DNA of 64,000 nt from Octopus sinensis (lineage: Eukaryota): NCBI RefSeq assembly GCF_006345805.1, contig NC_043020.1, positions 2,542,001-2,606,000 of the forward strand. The letters are read 5' to 3'. Within the stretch, counting starts at the first letter, position 1. Each line of letters opens with the position of its first letter. Below, in pieces: positions 49,351 through 63,193 of this stretch. The position numbers were made by a program, and so were the translations under genes. The notes under the pieces were generated by a model, which was not told the DNA's origin, did not search any database, and worked only from the letters and a program-made list of their open reading frames with translations.

Positions 49351-51226
49351 AAAGTATATTCTGACCTCAACATTTTTGCCACTTAATGGACTAATTTTCA
49401 GAGGACATTTATTTTGAAAAGACCAAACATACAACTGGTCCCTATCACTATTTTGAACTTAATCCTTCGACATTTACACAGGCCATATCTGATCCAAATA
49501 TTCTACCTGTTTTATGTTCAAACTGACCAGATTTGGCCTCTTACACCTACCCGACAATGTCATTCTAAAAATAAACAATCAATCGTCAAAATGTTGAAGT
49601 TACGAGATAAAGCAGGATTAATTCAAAACAATGTGAACAGATAAGCATTTCAATTGACAAAATAATCCGCTAATAATGCTAATGAGTTAAAAAAAAAACA
49701 TGCTTTACAAGTTAATAACGATCTCGTTAAAGACGTTGAATTGAATTTGGTGAAGTTATTGACCTGGCCATGGATTAGAAGGTCAACAAGTATGGATGAC
49801 CAAAGGAGTGTAAGGGTCAGATTTGATTTCATGACAGGGGCTTCATGAAGCCATGTGCTCGCAGACTGTTTGCAGCACAACACATCCAAGCAATTAAGTA
49901 CAATCTCAAATCGGACAGCACTGTTCTAAAACACCAGTCAAATGTGTGTAATACACTATTATATACAGCATGTGTGTGTATAAAGCATACAGCCTTGTTT
50001 ACCACTGATTCATTCGGCATTGATCTGAATAACACGGTATGCTCAATTGTGAAGGGAACCATGTTACACTCATCAAGGGTCAATCTGTGAGAAAACAGGT
50101 CAGTTATGAGGGGAAGATTTTGTTTTTAACCACAAAAAAAGACATACCCCAGTAATGACCCAGAATGCACTGATTATAGCTTGTTCTTATACAACCATGC
50201 TGTGAGGAGGCTGTGTACTTTTTTATACAAATTTTCATACAGACATAAACCCACCAACATGGGACTTGTAGAGAGGAAAACACGTCTCAAGAAACGGCAC
50301 AGAAGTGTTTTCTCTGCAGGGAAAGGTGAAGACAGACAAGAAAATACATGAGAGTGGAAGCTTCACAGCTGTGGGGCGTGGGTTTGGTACCATATTTATT
50401 CCAATATGAGGGCATCTGATCCTAACAAATGATGTAGACAAGCGTGTTCCCTACAGAAGTCTTTTCTCTACAGGAAAACACAAAGATGACCAAGAAAATA
50501 AATGATGGTCTGAGCTTCACAGCTGTGTGAGCCACACATTTTATGTCAATGAATCTACCATTTGTTCCATTTACCAAGTGAGTGGAGGTGATTCATTTAT
50601 CACTGATTCATTTATCACTGTGTAACATGATTTTTGTCCTTGGGTAGCAACTGTTATTTCCTCTTTGCTTACCCCTAGAAAGCATGAACAATGCCTAATA
50701 TTTCCTTCAAACTTTGCTTTTATTCAAACCCCAAAGAATCCCTCTCAACACATGGTTATGATGCTCCCCCAGTACTCTTGCACATGATCAGAGATGCACA
50801 TCGTGTCAGCCACTAAGGGACAAGCTCAACTGGTCAAGGTCAAACAACTGACAAGCAAATCTGTGGTATTGAGCAGAACATTTGCTATAATGATATTTCT
50901 GCTTCAGCCACTCAGCACTGAATCTTTTTGAAATGTAATGGAAAATAGGTCAGTTTCAAAACATTGATGTCCAGATCCCAAAAGCAAAGTTTGAAGGGAA
51001 TAGCAGTCCTTTCCTTTGATTTCTAGACAGAAGCAAATAGGAAATAACATTTACTGACCAAAGACAAGAAGACAGTGTTATCAGGGCTTTTTTTTGTTGT
51101 TTTTTAACCAAACTCTCATGACAAATGAGGATAGAGGTACCCTATTATATATAACATGTGTATAATACACTATTGTATAAAATGTGTATATAACATACTA
51201 TCATACACAATGTGTGTGAATAAGAA

Positions 51227-51270
<44 letters not shown>

Positions 51271-51331
51271 ATTTCAGAGTGTATACAACTTGCTAAAGTG
51301 TATAAGCTTGCATGTGTGTGCATGTGTGCCT

Positions 51332-51369
<38 letters not shown>

Positions 51370-52378
51370 CTAAGCATTAAATATTTGTACGTATATTACA
51401 TAGATATGGACATGTATGAAAATATACGTAACAAACTCAGAACTATTACTGCAATAACGACCACCACCACCAAATGACAACAAGTATAAAATTTAAAGAA
51501 TTTGGGATTTTTTATACAAATAAAGATTTCCCTCACACACCCCACCCACCCCACACTTTTTTGTAAATCCTTAAAAATGTTTTAGCCCAAAGGCCGCGAC
51601 CATGCTGGGGCACAATAATTATTGTACGAACGTAACTGGTGGTGGTACTTGGAAGTTCCAGAAACAGAAGGTCAACCAGCGACCTGACTTGACACACAAT
51701 CAAAATATGACCACCACCACCAACAACAACAACAACACTCTACAAGATATAACAGAGCGGAATAAACTAATAGCATAATTAAAAAAAAATAAATAAATAT
51801 TATTAAATAAAATTTGTTGCAAAAAAATTTTAATATTTCAAAAAAAAAAAACATAATAAAGCCAATAGTTGAAAAAAATAAAAAGTTTAAATAAAACGGA
51901 TTTGCCTCCTTCATTTAAATAACGGTAATTGTTTATCTTTTATTTATTTCAGTCACTGGATTGCAGCCATGCTGGAGCATTTCCTCAAAGGGTTTAGTCA
52001 AACAAATTGACCCTAGTATTTATTTTAAGTCTGAATCTCTTGTCATACCGTTCCACCCATGCCAGCATGGAAGACAAATGTTAAACGATGACGACGATGA
52101 TGATGATAAGGTACCCAAAAGTAACTAGAAACACTCTCTGAGGGACAAGCCCGTTGTAGTTCAGATTTCCACCACTGGAAGTCACTTGATGCAAGCCTCA
52201 GGCATCAGTCTGCTGACCGGTGGTGACCAGTGGAGTCGTACTGCCGATGTAGTGCATCTTTTTGTAATGCTTATCAGCCGAAACCTTGTGTTAACAACAA
52301 ACAAGATGAGGACAAATATCTGTCAAATGTAAATAATGTAAATAATCTATTTAACATCCTGTTTTTTTTTTTTGTTTT

Positions 52379-52648
52379 TTTTTACTTGTTCAGTCATTTT
52401 TTGACTGCGGCCATGCTGGAGTACCGCCTTTAGTCGAGCAAATCGACCCCGGGACTTATTCTTTTTGTAAGCCCAGTACTTATTCTATCGGTCTCTTTTG
52501 CTGAACCGCTAAGTGACGGGGACGTAAACTCGTCCCAGCATCGGTTTGTCAAGCAATGCTAGGGGGCAAAACACAGACACACAAACACACACACACACAT
52601 ACATATTAATATATATATTTTGTAGACGGAAAATGAAAGAAGCCTGTC

Positions 52649-52681
<33 letters not shown>

Positions 52682-52844
52682 ACAGGCTTCTTTCAGTTTC
52701 CGTCTACAAAATCCACTCACAAGGCATTGGTCAGCGGGGCTATAGCACAAGACACTTGCCCAAGGTGCTACACAGTGGGACTGAACCCGGAACCATGTGG
52801 TTGGTTAGCAAGCTACTTACCACACAGCCACTCCTGCACCTATA
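52379..52844 (-). mobile_element. SINE family A, full length
   Basis: Reverse complement of the family A consensus. Confidence 0.85.
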
Positions 52845-53250
52845 AATATGGTAATAGAAATAAATAAAATATTTCTATGTCAAGGCAGCTTTGACAGTTT
52901 CCCAGTTACTGTTACTACTCAGCGGAGGTTCTATTTTCACTTAATAATTAATAGCTTTCATTAAACATATGGCATTAAGGGGACAAACTAACGAAATGGT
53001 CATTAACCAGAACACCTTTGATCATGAGTCTACTTAATTAGGAATGAGCTGGAATTAAAATTAAAATCAACAATCTATCACCTGGTTTAACTATTTTGTT
53101 ACCAAATTTCTATTGAACCACAAATCTGCCTTGCTTCGACTCATTCTTGAAAATAATGAAGAATTTTATAATTGATGTTTGGAACATAAATCCAATGGAA
53201 AATGCGATAGAAAGGGTTTCGTTTAGACCACTTTAACCGTTTTGTTACCA

Positions 53251-53650
53251 TAGGCGTAGAAGTGGCTGTGTAGTAAGTAGCTTGCTTACCAACCACATGG
53301 TTCCAGGTTCAGTCCTACTGCGTGGCACCTTGGGCAAGTGTCTTCTACTATAGTCTCGGGCTGACCAAAGCCTTGTGAGTGAATTTGGTAGACAGAAACT
53401 GAAAGAAGCCCGTCGTATATATGTATATACATATATGTGTGTGTGTGTTTGTATGTCTGTGTTTACCCCCCCCCCCCCACATCGCTTGACAACCGATGCT
53501 GGTGTGTTTACGGCCCCGTAACTTAGCTGTTTGGCAAAAGAGACTGATAGAATAAGTACTAGGCTTCCAAAGAATAAGTCCTGTGGTCGATTTGCTCGAC
53601 TAAAGGCGGTGCTCCAGCATGGCCGCAGTCAAATGACTGGAACAAGAGAG
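53251..53650 (+). mobile_element. SINE family A, full length
   Basis: Same head, body and tail as the 30601 copy. Confidence 0.85.
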
Positions 53651-53785
53651 TATATTTCTCTTGAAAAACACCATCTTGGTTTTTTATTTTGAAAAACAAT
53701 GAGGAGTTTAATAAAATGAATTTGTTGTTATTAGATTGATGCTGGAACATAAAATTGAAACCTTGATGCAAGGTTTTGATTCTGT

Positions 53786-54515
53786 CAGTGGTTCTCAGCC
53801 AGGGTCCGTATAAGATTTTGGGGGAGCTATTATGCAAGCAAAATAGTAAATTGGAAATCCAAGGTAGTATTTTAAGGGTCCATGGAAAAAATTTTGCTTT
53901 TAGATGTATTTATTGCAAGAAACAGGTCTCAGCTTCTTTCTCTAATGTTTTGCAAAGTTCAAATTACACAAACAAAGGTTTGAAGAACAAAATATTGAAA
54001 GAAAGGATCTGTGAAACTAGTTTTTTTAAACAGTCAGCGCCGCACTGACTGGCATCCGTGTAGGTGACACGTAAAAGCACCAACCGATCGTGGCCGTTTG
54101 CCAGCCTCCCCTGGCACGTAAAAAGCACCATCCAAACGTGACCGATACCAGCACTGCCTTCACTGGCTTCTGTGCCAGTGGCACGTAAAAAGCACCAACC
54201 GATCGTAGCAATTTGCCAGCCTGCTCTGGCCCCTGTGCCGGTAACACGTAAAAAGCACCCACTACACTCACGGAGTGGTTGGTGTTAGGAAGGGCATCCA
54301 GCTGTAGAAACACTGCCAGATCAGACTGGAGCCTGGTGCAGCCTCCATGGCTTACCAGACCCCGGTCGAACCATCCGACCCATGCTAGCATGGAAAACAG
54401 ACGTTAAACGATGATAATGATGATGATGATGAGCGAATGGCTATCAGGGTCCACCAGAATGAAATAGTAATGAAAGGGGTCCACAAATAAGAAAAAAAAA
54501 TGTTGAAAACCGCTG
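53786..54515. mobile_element. hAT/Charlie-like MITE interrupted by a SINE
   Basis: Ends CAGTGGTTCTCAGCC ... GTTGAAAACCGCTG; relatives at ~37732-37950 and ~54832-54900; no clear 8-bp TSD. Confidence 0.5.
54033..54432 (+). mobile_element. SINE family C
   Basis: Same structure as the 25340 copy; further copies at ~7560-7810, 17805-17965 (minus) and 20815-21035. Confidence 0.7.
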
Positions 54516-55999
54516 AATTAAATCAATTTAAAAGAGGAAGTTAGTATCATAAAACTAGCAGCAATCTCAGGTGAGTTAGTGTCAAAAAGGGGTTAAGATC
54601 ACTTCCTGATCTTTGGGTGCCAGAAACCAATAAAATAAATCTGCCATTATTAAGTTGGCGTTTGGAACATAAATTAAATGGAAATTTCAAGAGAAGGATT
54701 AAGTTTCAATCACTTTCAAAGAGAAAGTTTCTATCACAGAATCAGGGTTGGTCTCAGGTGAGTAAGTATTTACAGGGTTACCAACATCACTGTTTGACAT
54801 TCAGATGCCTTTAACAAGGTTTGTTTTATTGCAGGGGTTCTCAACCAGATTCCAAATCGACCCTTGGGGTCAATATAATATTTTTTGTTTTTAAAATTTT
54901 TGTGCAATAAATTCGTTTTATTCCACAAAACACAAAATATTTTAATGATTTTTTTTTTAATACAATTCCTAGTAACTGATTATAAAAATATCTTTTACTG
55001 GTTTCAGTTATTAGACTGGCCATGTTGGAGCACTGCCTTGAGGAATTTAAGTCGAACAAATCAACCCCAGTACTTTTTAAAGTTTGATACTTTGTTTATT
55101 GATTTCTTTTGCTGAACTGCTAAGTTATGGAGACATAAACACACCAACACTGGCTGTTCAGTGGTGCTGGAGAACAAATACAAAAGACACACACACACAC
55201 ACACAGATATATATATATATATTCTTTTATTCTTTTACTTGTTTCAGTCATTTGACTACGGCCATGCTGGAGCACTGCCTTTAGTCGAGCAAAGTGACCT
55301 CAGGACTTATTCTTTGTAAGCCTAGCACTTATTCTATTAGTCTCTTTTACCGAACTGCTAGGTTACGGGGATGTAAACACACCAGCATCAGTTGTCAAGC
55401 GATGATGGGGGGGACAAACACAGACACACAAATACATACACATATGGGTATGCGTATGTATGTGTGTGTTTTTGTCCTTCCACCATTGCTTGACAACCGA
55501 TGCTGGTGTGTTTACGTCCCTGTAACTTAGCAGTTCAGCAAAAGAGACTGATAGAATAAGTACTAAGGGCTTACAAAGAATAAGTCCTGGGGAGGGGGGT
55601 CAATTTCTTTGACTAAAACCCTTTAAGACGTTGTTCCAGCATGGCCGCAGTGAAATGACTGAAACAGGTAAAAGAATAAAAGAAATCCCAGCCATTGATG
55701 GAACTCGTTTACGGCTGAGTGAAGTGGATGCAGCAGGTTCTGCTCAATGCACCGTGTCGTCTTGGGATGCAATCCATGATCCACTACGCCACCACCACCA
55801 CCACCACCACCACTCAACCACACAGCTACGACAACTACTAAGATCTATAAATGCTGCAGTTAACAGAATCAAAACCTGGGGTTTTGGGTTTTTTTGTTTA
55901 TTTTTTGTGGTTTTGGTTTTGGTTTTGTCAGGATTAGCAGAAGAATTGTGTCAGTTAGGAAAGGAAAAACGGTATTTCTGACTGTAAAATGCTGATGTG

Positions 56000-56458
56000 A
56001 AAGAGTTAAAAGTAAAGTGGAGGAGGAGGAGGAAGAGGAGGAAGAGGAGGAGGAGGGAGAAAGAAGGGGAGGAGGAGAGAGAAAGAAGGGGAGGAGGAGA
56101 GAGAAAGAAGGGGAGGAGGAGAGAGAAAGAAGGGGAGGAGGAGAGAGAAAGAAGGGGAGGAGGGGAGAGAGAAAGGGGAGGAGGGAGAAAGAAGAGAAGG
56201 AGGGGGAGAAAGAGGAGAAGGAGGAGGGAGAAAGAAGAAGAGGAGGAGAAGGAGAAAGAAGAGAAGGATGGAGAAAAAAGAGAAGGGAAAGAGAAGGAGG
56301 AGGAGGGAGAAAGAAGAGGAGGAGGATGGAGAAAGAAGAGGAGGATGGAGGGAGAGAAGGAAGCAGAATGGAGAATGATGGAGATGATGGAGGAAGAGGA
56401 TGATGGAGGTGGCGGAGAGGACAGGGAGGGGGGGAGGGAGGGGGAAATGGCACCGAAA

Positions 56459-56490
<32 letters not shown>
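56000..56490 (+). repeat. Long polypurine (GA-rich) tract
   Basis: ~490 bp almost entirely A/G with GAGAAAGAAGGGGAGGAGGA repeats; an oppositely oriented pyrimidine tract lies at ~58200-58500. Confidence 0.85.
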
Positions 56491-56496
<6 letters not shown>

Positions 56497-56814
56497 GACT
56501 GACACTGTCATGTTTCTAAATGATTGCACAGCAGAGAGAAGGTAGGTGGGTGGGTAGGAAGGGGACGTGTGTGTGTGTGTTTGTGTGTGTGTGTGTTTGT
56601 GTGTAGGTGCATTCGCCCTTCATGTGTATGGCTATATTTGTGTGTGTGTGTGTGTGTGTTTGAGTAGCTTATTATCATCTGATCATTGTGTGTGTATATG
56701 CTTGAGTATGTGTGTGTGTGTGCTTATTTACATATGCATGTGTGCTTGCATGTACATATGTGCGAGCATTGTGTGTATAAGTGTGCCTACATATCATTCT
56801 CTCTCTGTATATAG

Positions 56815-56892
<78 letters not shown>

Positions 56893-57176
56893 GAATCATG
56901 TGGAGCTGAGTAAACTATCACGATATATAAATACATACATATGCATGTGCATGTATGTATATATATGTGTATATATATATATATGTGTACGTGTGTGTGT
57001 GTCTGTATATGTGTGTGTGTATATATATGTGTGTGTATATGTGTGTGTGTATATATAAACATATATGTGTATGTGTGTGTGTGTGTATACTATATATATA
57101 TATATATATTATATATAAATATATATGATACATATATAAAATATTTATATACACATAGTCCTTTTATTTTCCTGTA

Positions 57177-57212
<36 letters not shown>

Positions 57213-57469
57213 CGTTAATGACAAAGTCTTCAACCAGAGCTGGATGTCACAGAACAGAACATCAAACAATGACAATTATAATCCACAGCTTCAAGTTTTG
57301 GAATTACGGGTGGGTTATCTTTGACCTTCATGGTACCCCATTAAGAAATGTCATATTAACAAACATGTACAACGTTGAAATCTGCCAGTTTCTGGTTAGC
57401 TTTTAAATCTTTCTGAATATGAAATACATTGGAAAGATGGCAGGTGAGTGGGGTGGTGGATGGGTGGGT

Positions 57470-57970
57470 GGTGGAAACTTGGTTGGGGTGGATAGCAGAT
57501 TCTTGGAGACTGGCAACAGAGTATTGGGTGGAAGGTAGAATTTTGGTGCAGCAGGTAACTAGTAAAATCTTGGCAGAGATGTATTCTAACATTTTGGTAA
57601 ATGATTGACAGAATTTTGTCAGGCAGATGACACACTCTTAGCAGGGGTGGTCTGCGAAACCATGGCAAGATTTTGGTGGGTGGCTAGAAGAATCTTAGCA
57701 GGATGTTTGACAAAGTTTTAGCAAAATCTTAGCAGGTGTACATGGTAATATATTGGATGATGGTTCACAGAATCTTGGCAGAAGTGGATAAAGAAACCTT
57801 GACAGTGGCTGGCTGAATCTTAAAAGAGGTGCATGACAGAATCTTGGTGGAAAATTGGGTTATTGGTTGATGGGAGGTGACTTGTAGAAACTTCAAGGGT
57901 AAAAGAATATGGATAGGGAGATGGAAGAATTTTGACTATCTTTGGTGGTGCTTGGTGTGGAATATTAGCA
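57470..57970 (+). repeat. Degenerate ~30-bp repeat with AGAATCTTGGCAG core
   Basis: More than a dozen variants of RAATCTTRGCAG, with strong G-skew. Confidence 0.65.
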
Positions 57971-58871
57971 TGAAGGTGACTTAGTGGTTGGGGCTGACAA
58001 TCGTGAATTGTGTCCTTGAGCAAGACACTTTACTTCACATTACTCCAGTCCATTCAGCTGGCAAAAATTAATTGTACCTGTATTTCAAAGGGCCAGCATT
58101 GTCACATTCAGTGTCATGCAGGTAGACTGGACTCTGACCCCTTGGCCACTTATGCCCACCTCAAAGTTTTAATACTGAATAAAGTTACCCATCATTCTCT
58201 GCTCCTAGTATCTTTCTTTCTCTCTTTCTCTCTCTCTCTTTCTCTTTCTCTCTCTCTTTCTCTTTCTCTCTCTCTCTTTCTCTTTCTCTCTCTCTCTTTC
58301 TCTGTTCTTTTCTATTTTTCCTAATTCTCCTTGTTTATACTTTCTCTTTCTCCTTTCTGTCTTTTCTCTCTCATCCTCTCTCCCCCACACTCTCACTCAC
58401 CTTCTCTCTCCCTCTCTTCCCCTCATCTTTCTCACTCACTTTCTCTCTCCCCCTCTCTTTCACTTTCTCTCTCCCCACCCCCTCTCCCTCTCCCAAAACA
58501 AACACATGGAGATGTTAGAGGTTTAATTAAACACCCATGTCCGATTTAATGAATTCTCTGCGATTGTCCTTCAACTCATTAATTAAAAACTTTCCCGTTG
58601 CCCACAAATACTTTCACGACATTCACTTTTGGCAAACGTTATAACCAGGGCCCAACTCACAAAACCCCCCACACTCTGTTTCACACAGTTTTATGGATGG
58701 GGGTCCATCCCCACAGATTCAAACTCTGATTAAAAGTGTTCAGTGAAATAATTCATTCATTGATGCCTTGTGGTTGTCGTTGAGGATTAATTGCCTAAAT
58801 TACCTCCTTCGTTAATTATGAGCTTCATCAAGACTCGTGTATCTGGTGGAGACATTCTCACACACACATAT

Positions 58872-58902
<31 letters not shown>

Positions 58903-59013
58903 CACACACACATATATATATAAACACACATATATATATACACACACACACATAGTCAATACAACAAACAAAATACTAAAACAACACCAGAAACAACAAA
59001 GCAAAACAAATAC

Positions 59014-59430
59014 TCTCTTTTACTCTTTTACTTGTTTCAGTCATTTGACTGCGGCCATGCTGGAGCACCGCCTTTAGTCGAGCAAATCGACCCCGGGACT
59101 TATTCTTTGTAAGCCCAGTACTTATTCTATCGGTCTCTTTTGCCGAACCGCTAAGTGACGGGAACGTAAACACACCAGCATTGGTTGTCAAGCAATGCTA
59201 GGGGGACAAACACACACACACAAACACACACATACATACATATATATATATATATACATATATACGACAGACTACTTTCAGTTTCCGTCTACCAAATCCA
59301 CTCACAAGGCATTGGTCGGCCCGAGGCTATAGTAGAAGACACTTGCCCAAGATGCCACGCAGTGGGACTGAACCCGGAACCATGTGGTTGGTTAGCAAGC
59401 TACTTACCACACAGTCACTCCTGCGCCTGT
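59014..59430 (-). mobile_element. SINE family A, full length, young subfamily
   Basis: Near-identical to the copies at 24495 and 62743. Confidence 0.85.
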
Positions 59431-60042
59431 TAATTTTTTTTTTACGAACATGATTCTACAATATCTTGAAAGAGAAATACAATGCTGGACACGTGGCAAG
59501 TGGGGGTAGGGATGGGAATCGGGTGGGGGGGGCGAATGGTGCAAGAGAAACTCATTTAAAAACTGTTGAAAATAAGAAGAAAAATAATAATAAAAATAAC
59601 AGATTTAATTCCAAGAGAACAAAGAGACTGAAGAAGCCCAAAAAAGGTGAGGTGGGGGAATCAAGCAGCAGAAGATGGAGGAGGAGGGAGAGCAAGGGAC
59701 CACACCCCCTCAGAACAAATGAAGTAACTACTACAGGGAGAGTGTTGTTGGCCATTCTCCAGGGTGACCCAGCCTCTCAGTCATGACCATAGGGGTACAA
59801 CTGAACACACCCTTTATTCTGGGGTGTGCTGCCGTTGCTCCTTCCCCCTCCATCTTCTACAGCTTAACATTCTTCCCACCTTTTATTTTTCTTTTAATTT
59901 TGTTTCTTTAATTCCTTGTAATAATTAAATTGTGAAAAATAATAAATTAGAAAATAAAATTTTTTAAAAATGAAATATATTGCAACTTACCTGTTTCATC
60001 TTCATTTTCCTTTTCTTCTTTTTGTTCATCTTCATGTCCTCC

Positions 60043-60091
<49 letters not shown>

Positions 60092-60428
60092 CTTTTGCAG
60101 AATAATCCAGGTCAGCCCTGATTTGAGTTGGTCAATGGCATGTAGGCAGACTGCTAAATACAATGTGGTACAATCCAATCTGCACCAGCACCATGCCTTA
60201 CAACAAGGTTTAAAACTCCAAGATGCAGTATGGGTGGTGGTGCAATGCAGTAAATCTTGCCATGTTGAGAGTTTTCTCCAGTATCCAGTTTGTTTCTGCA
60301 TACCAAGAGGGCCTCATGGTGGCCACAACAGAAACAAGAACAACACAGTAGTAGTAGTAGTAATAGTAGTAGTAGTAGCAGCAGCAGTAGTAGTAGTGCT
60401 GCTGCTGATAATGTCATTGGTGACGAAT

Positions 60429-60464
<36 letters not shown>

Positions 60465-61384
60465 TCCTCAGCAGCAGCAACTGCAGCCAGTATCCAAAGA
60501 CAAGCGTTGATGACAAGATGAAGATCCATAGAGTTTCCAAAAATAGGCAACATGAATTAAAGCTTATTGTCAGGAAGCGGGCTCCAGAGAGAAAGAACAA
60601 AGTTAAGTCCCTTGTATAAGGTATAAGGGTTAGAAAAGTCAGGAGTTCAATTCCTTGAATGAGATTTATGTTTAGAGTTGACTTGTATTCCCTCCAACTC
60701 CACTTCACATCACCTTATAATGCAATATTGTCCATCAAATGGAAGCATTTCAGCAATTGTTCAAGTTAAACTTTGTAAAAAAAAAAAAAATGATGAGAAA
60801 AACTCAAAACAAACACAAGAGTACAGAAATGTCATTTTCTCCTTGAAAAGATGTACCTCCATGCAGAAGTCCTGCTCCTTGGAATATACATGCACTCAGA
60901 ACTTCCACCTAAGTGTATGAGATATTTTGGCACTGCCATTTCGAAGCTGCTTATATCTGGTGTCGCCAAATCAATGCCAACATACATACATGTATATATG
61001 TATGCATGTATGTATGCGTATTGAATAGGCTTAAAATGGTGAATGTTTACACTTGTCAGCCTTCATTATTATACAAAAACAAAAAACTGAATAGACATGT
61101 ACTGTACTGTCAAATTTTTGCTGTTTTGGTGAGTTAAGCCACCGTATTTACATATACACACACACACAGTGAAAGAGACAGACAGATAGACAGACACATA
61201 TACACATATTATACACCTATATACATGTAGATAGATAGATAAATAGATTTCTTTATTGGTCACTCAAGGCTGAACACAGAAGGGACAAAATACAAAGTAG
61301 AGCTTTTCTTTTTGGGAAGAAGAGAAAGAAAAATAAGGGTCGAATTCCGATCAAAAGGGATCGTGAAAAGAAAAAAAAAAAATT

Positions 61385-61426
<42 letters not shown>

Positions 61427-62005
61427 CAGACAATGTATGAGATACATACATATATATCTATAAATATATATATATATATACATACATGCATACACACACA
61501 TAATACATACACTCACACATATATATACATATACATGACGTTGCACATGTTAACACATACAATTAATCATAAATATTAAATATAATTTAAACATAAATAC
61601 AAAATAAAAACAAAAAGAGAAGCAAAAAGCACAAAATTCCCTAATGATAAGGTCCACATAATATCTCAAACAAACAAAATTATTTTCACACAATTTCTAA
61701 AATTTAACCTTAAATTCAGAAACACTACAACAGAAAGTGTCCTGTTTTAATTAAGTTGTAATCAAAAAATTAATTCAGGAATATAAAATGTATTTAAATA
61801 TACAAATGACACATTTTCATTTGCATGTAGAAAATATATGCACAAAATAAATTTTTTGAAAAATGCGTTTTTTTGAGTTTTTTTCCGAAATATGAAACCA
61901 GGGTAATTGAATAAAATTTACATAGCAATTAAAATTCTTTTCAATTAAAAAGCATTCCACATGGAAATGCATGAAAACGTACATACATAATATATACATA
62001 CATAC

Positions 62006-62046
<41 letters not shown>

Positions 62047-62599
62047 CATATGCATACATATTCATACATACATATATATATATACATAAATATATATATA
62101 TAAAAGGCAGGATGTGTGTGTGTGTACGTGAATGTAGTTTATGCACATCCACAAATTAGCACGCATGTCGCTCATATTTTAGGAGGACATTCATCACGAC
62201 CCTAGCTGTATTTTCGTCAAATTATTTTCCCCCAAGGCACCCGCAAATAGTGGTAAATAATTTTGAGCCATAATTTCTAACAATTTTCAAGTCAGAGAAA
62301 TACACAATCATATGCAAATATGAATTAAGTCCCCCTCTAGTGACGATGTAAAGCGAGAGAGAGAGAGAGATAACAGATTTTTAAAATTTCATCTTTTTAG
62401 TGAATCATTGACAGACAGGGGTTATTATGTATGTATGTATGTGTGAATGGCTTCAGTCACACACACACACACAAGCATGTATGCGTACAAAACACATGTA
62501 TGCAATGTGTGTGTGTTGCCCGTATATATATGTGTATATATATATGTGCTCCCATTGCGACACTTATACTGCAGAAGTGGGTTGGGTATGAAAACCAAC

Positions 62600-62731
62600 T
62601 TTAAAGTATAAATATAGATGTTTTTAAATCACCAATGTTCAGTTAAGTCCTATTTGGGGTGAAAAATCAAAGAACTTGATTAGCTTAATAATCCTAACTT
62701 AATCCCGAGCAAAGCTGGGCAATACTGCTAG
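62600..62731 (+). mobile_element. Helitron 3' terminus
   Basis: Hairpin CCCGAGC-AAA-GCTGGG (62704-62719), 8 nt spacer, then CTAG followed by T. 5' boundary not identified. Confidence 0.55.
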
Positions 62732-62742
62732 TATATATATCG

Positions 62743-63144
62743 CTCTTTACTCTTTTACTTGTTTCGGTCATTTGACTGCGGCCATGCTGGAGCACCGCCT
62801 TTAATCAAGCAAATCAACCCCGGGACTTATTCTTTGTAAGCCCAGTACTTATTCTATCGGTCTCTTTTGCCGAACTGCTAAGTTACGGGGACGTAAACAC
62901 ACCAGCATCAGTTGTCAAGCAATGCTAGGGGGACAAACACAGACACGCAAACACACACATACATATATATATACATATATACGACAGGCTTCTTTCAGTT
63001 TCCATCTACCAAATCCACTCACAAGGCATTGGTCGGCCCGGGGCTATAGCAGAAGACACTTGCCCAAGATGCCACGCAGTGGGACTGAACCCGGAACCAT
63101 GTGGTTGGTTAGCAAGCTACTTACCACACAGTCACTCCTGCGCC

Positions 63145-63147
<3 letters not shown>
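62743..63147 (-). mobile_element. SINE family A, full length, young subfamily
   Basis: Near-identical to the copy at 59014. Confidence 0.85.

Positions 63148-63193
<46 letters not shown>

Noticed and set aside
55631-55981. 116-aa ORF with a poly-His run
   Set aside because: Starts in a SINE tail, the His run is a (CAC)n repeat, and there are no splice signals or recognisable domain.
55997-56545. Arg/Glu/Gly-rich ORFs
   Set aside because: Translation of a polypurine tract; open in several frames on both strands.
59970-60708. Ser/Val-run ORFs
   Set aside because: Driven by (AGT)n repeats; the intervening sequence shows no recognisable protein similarity.
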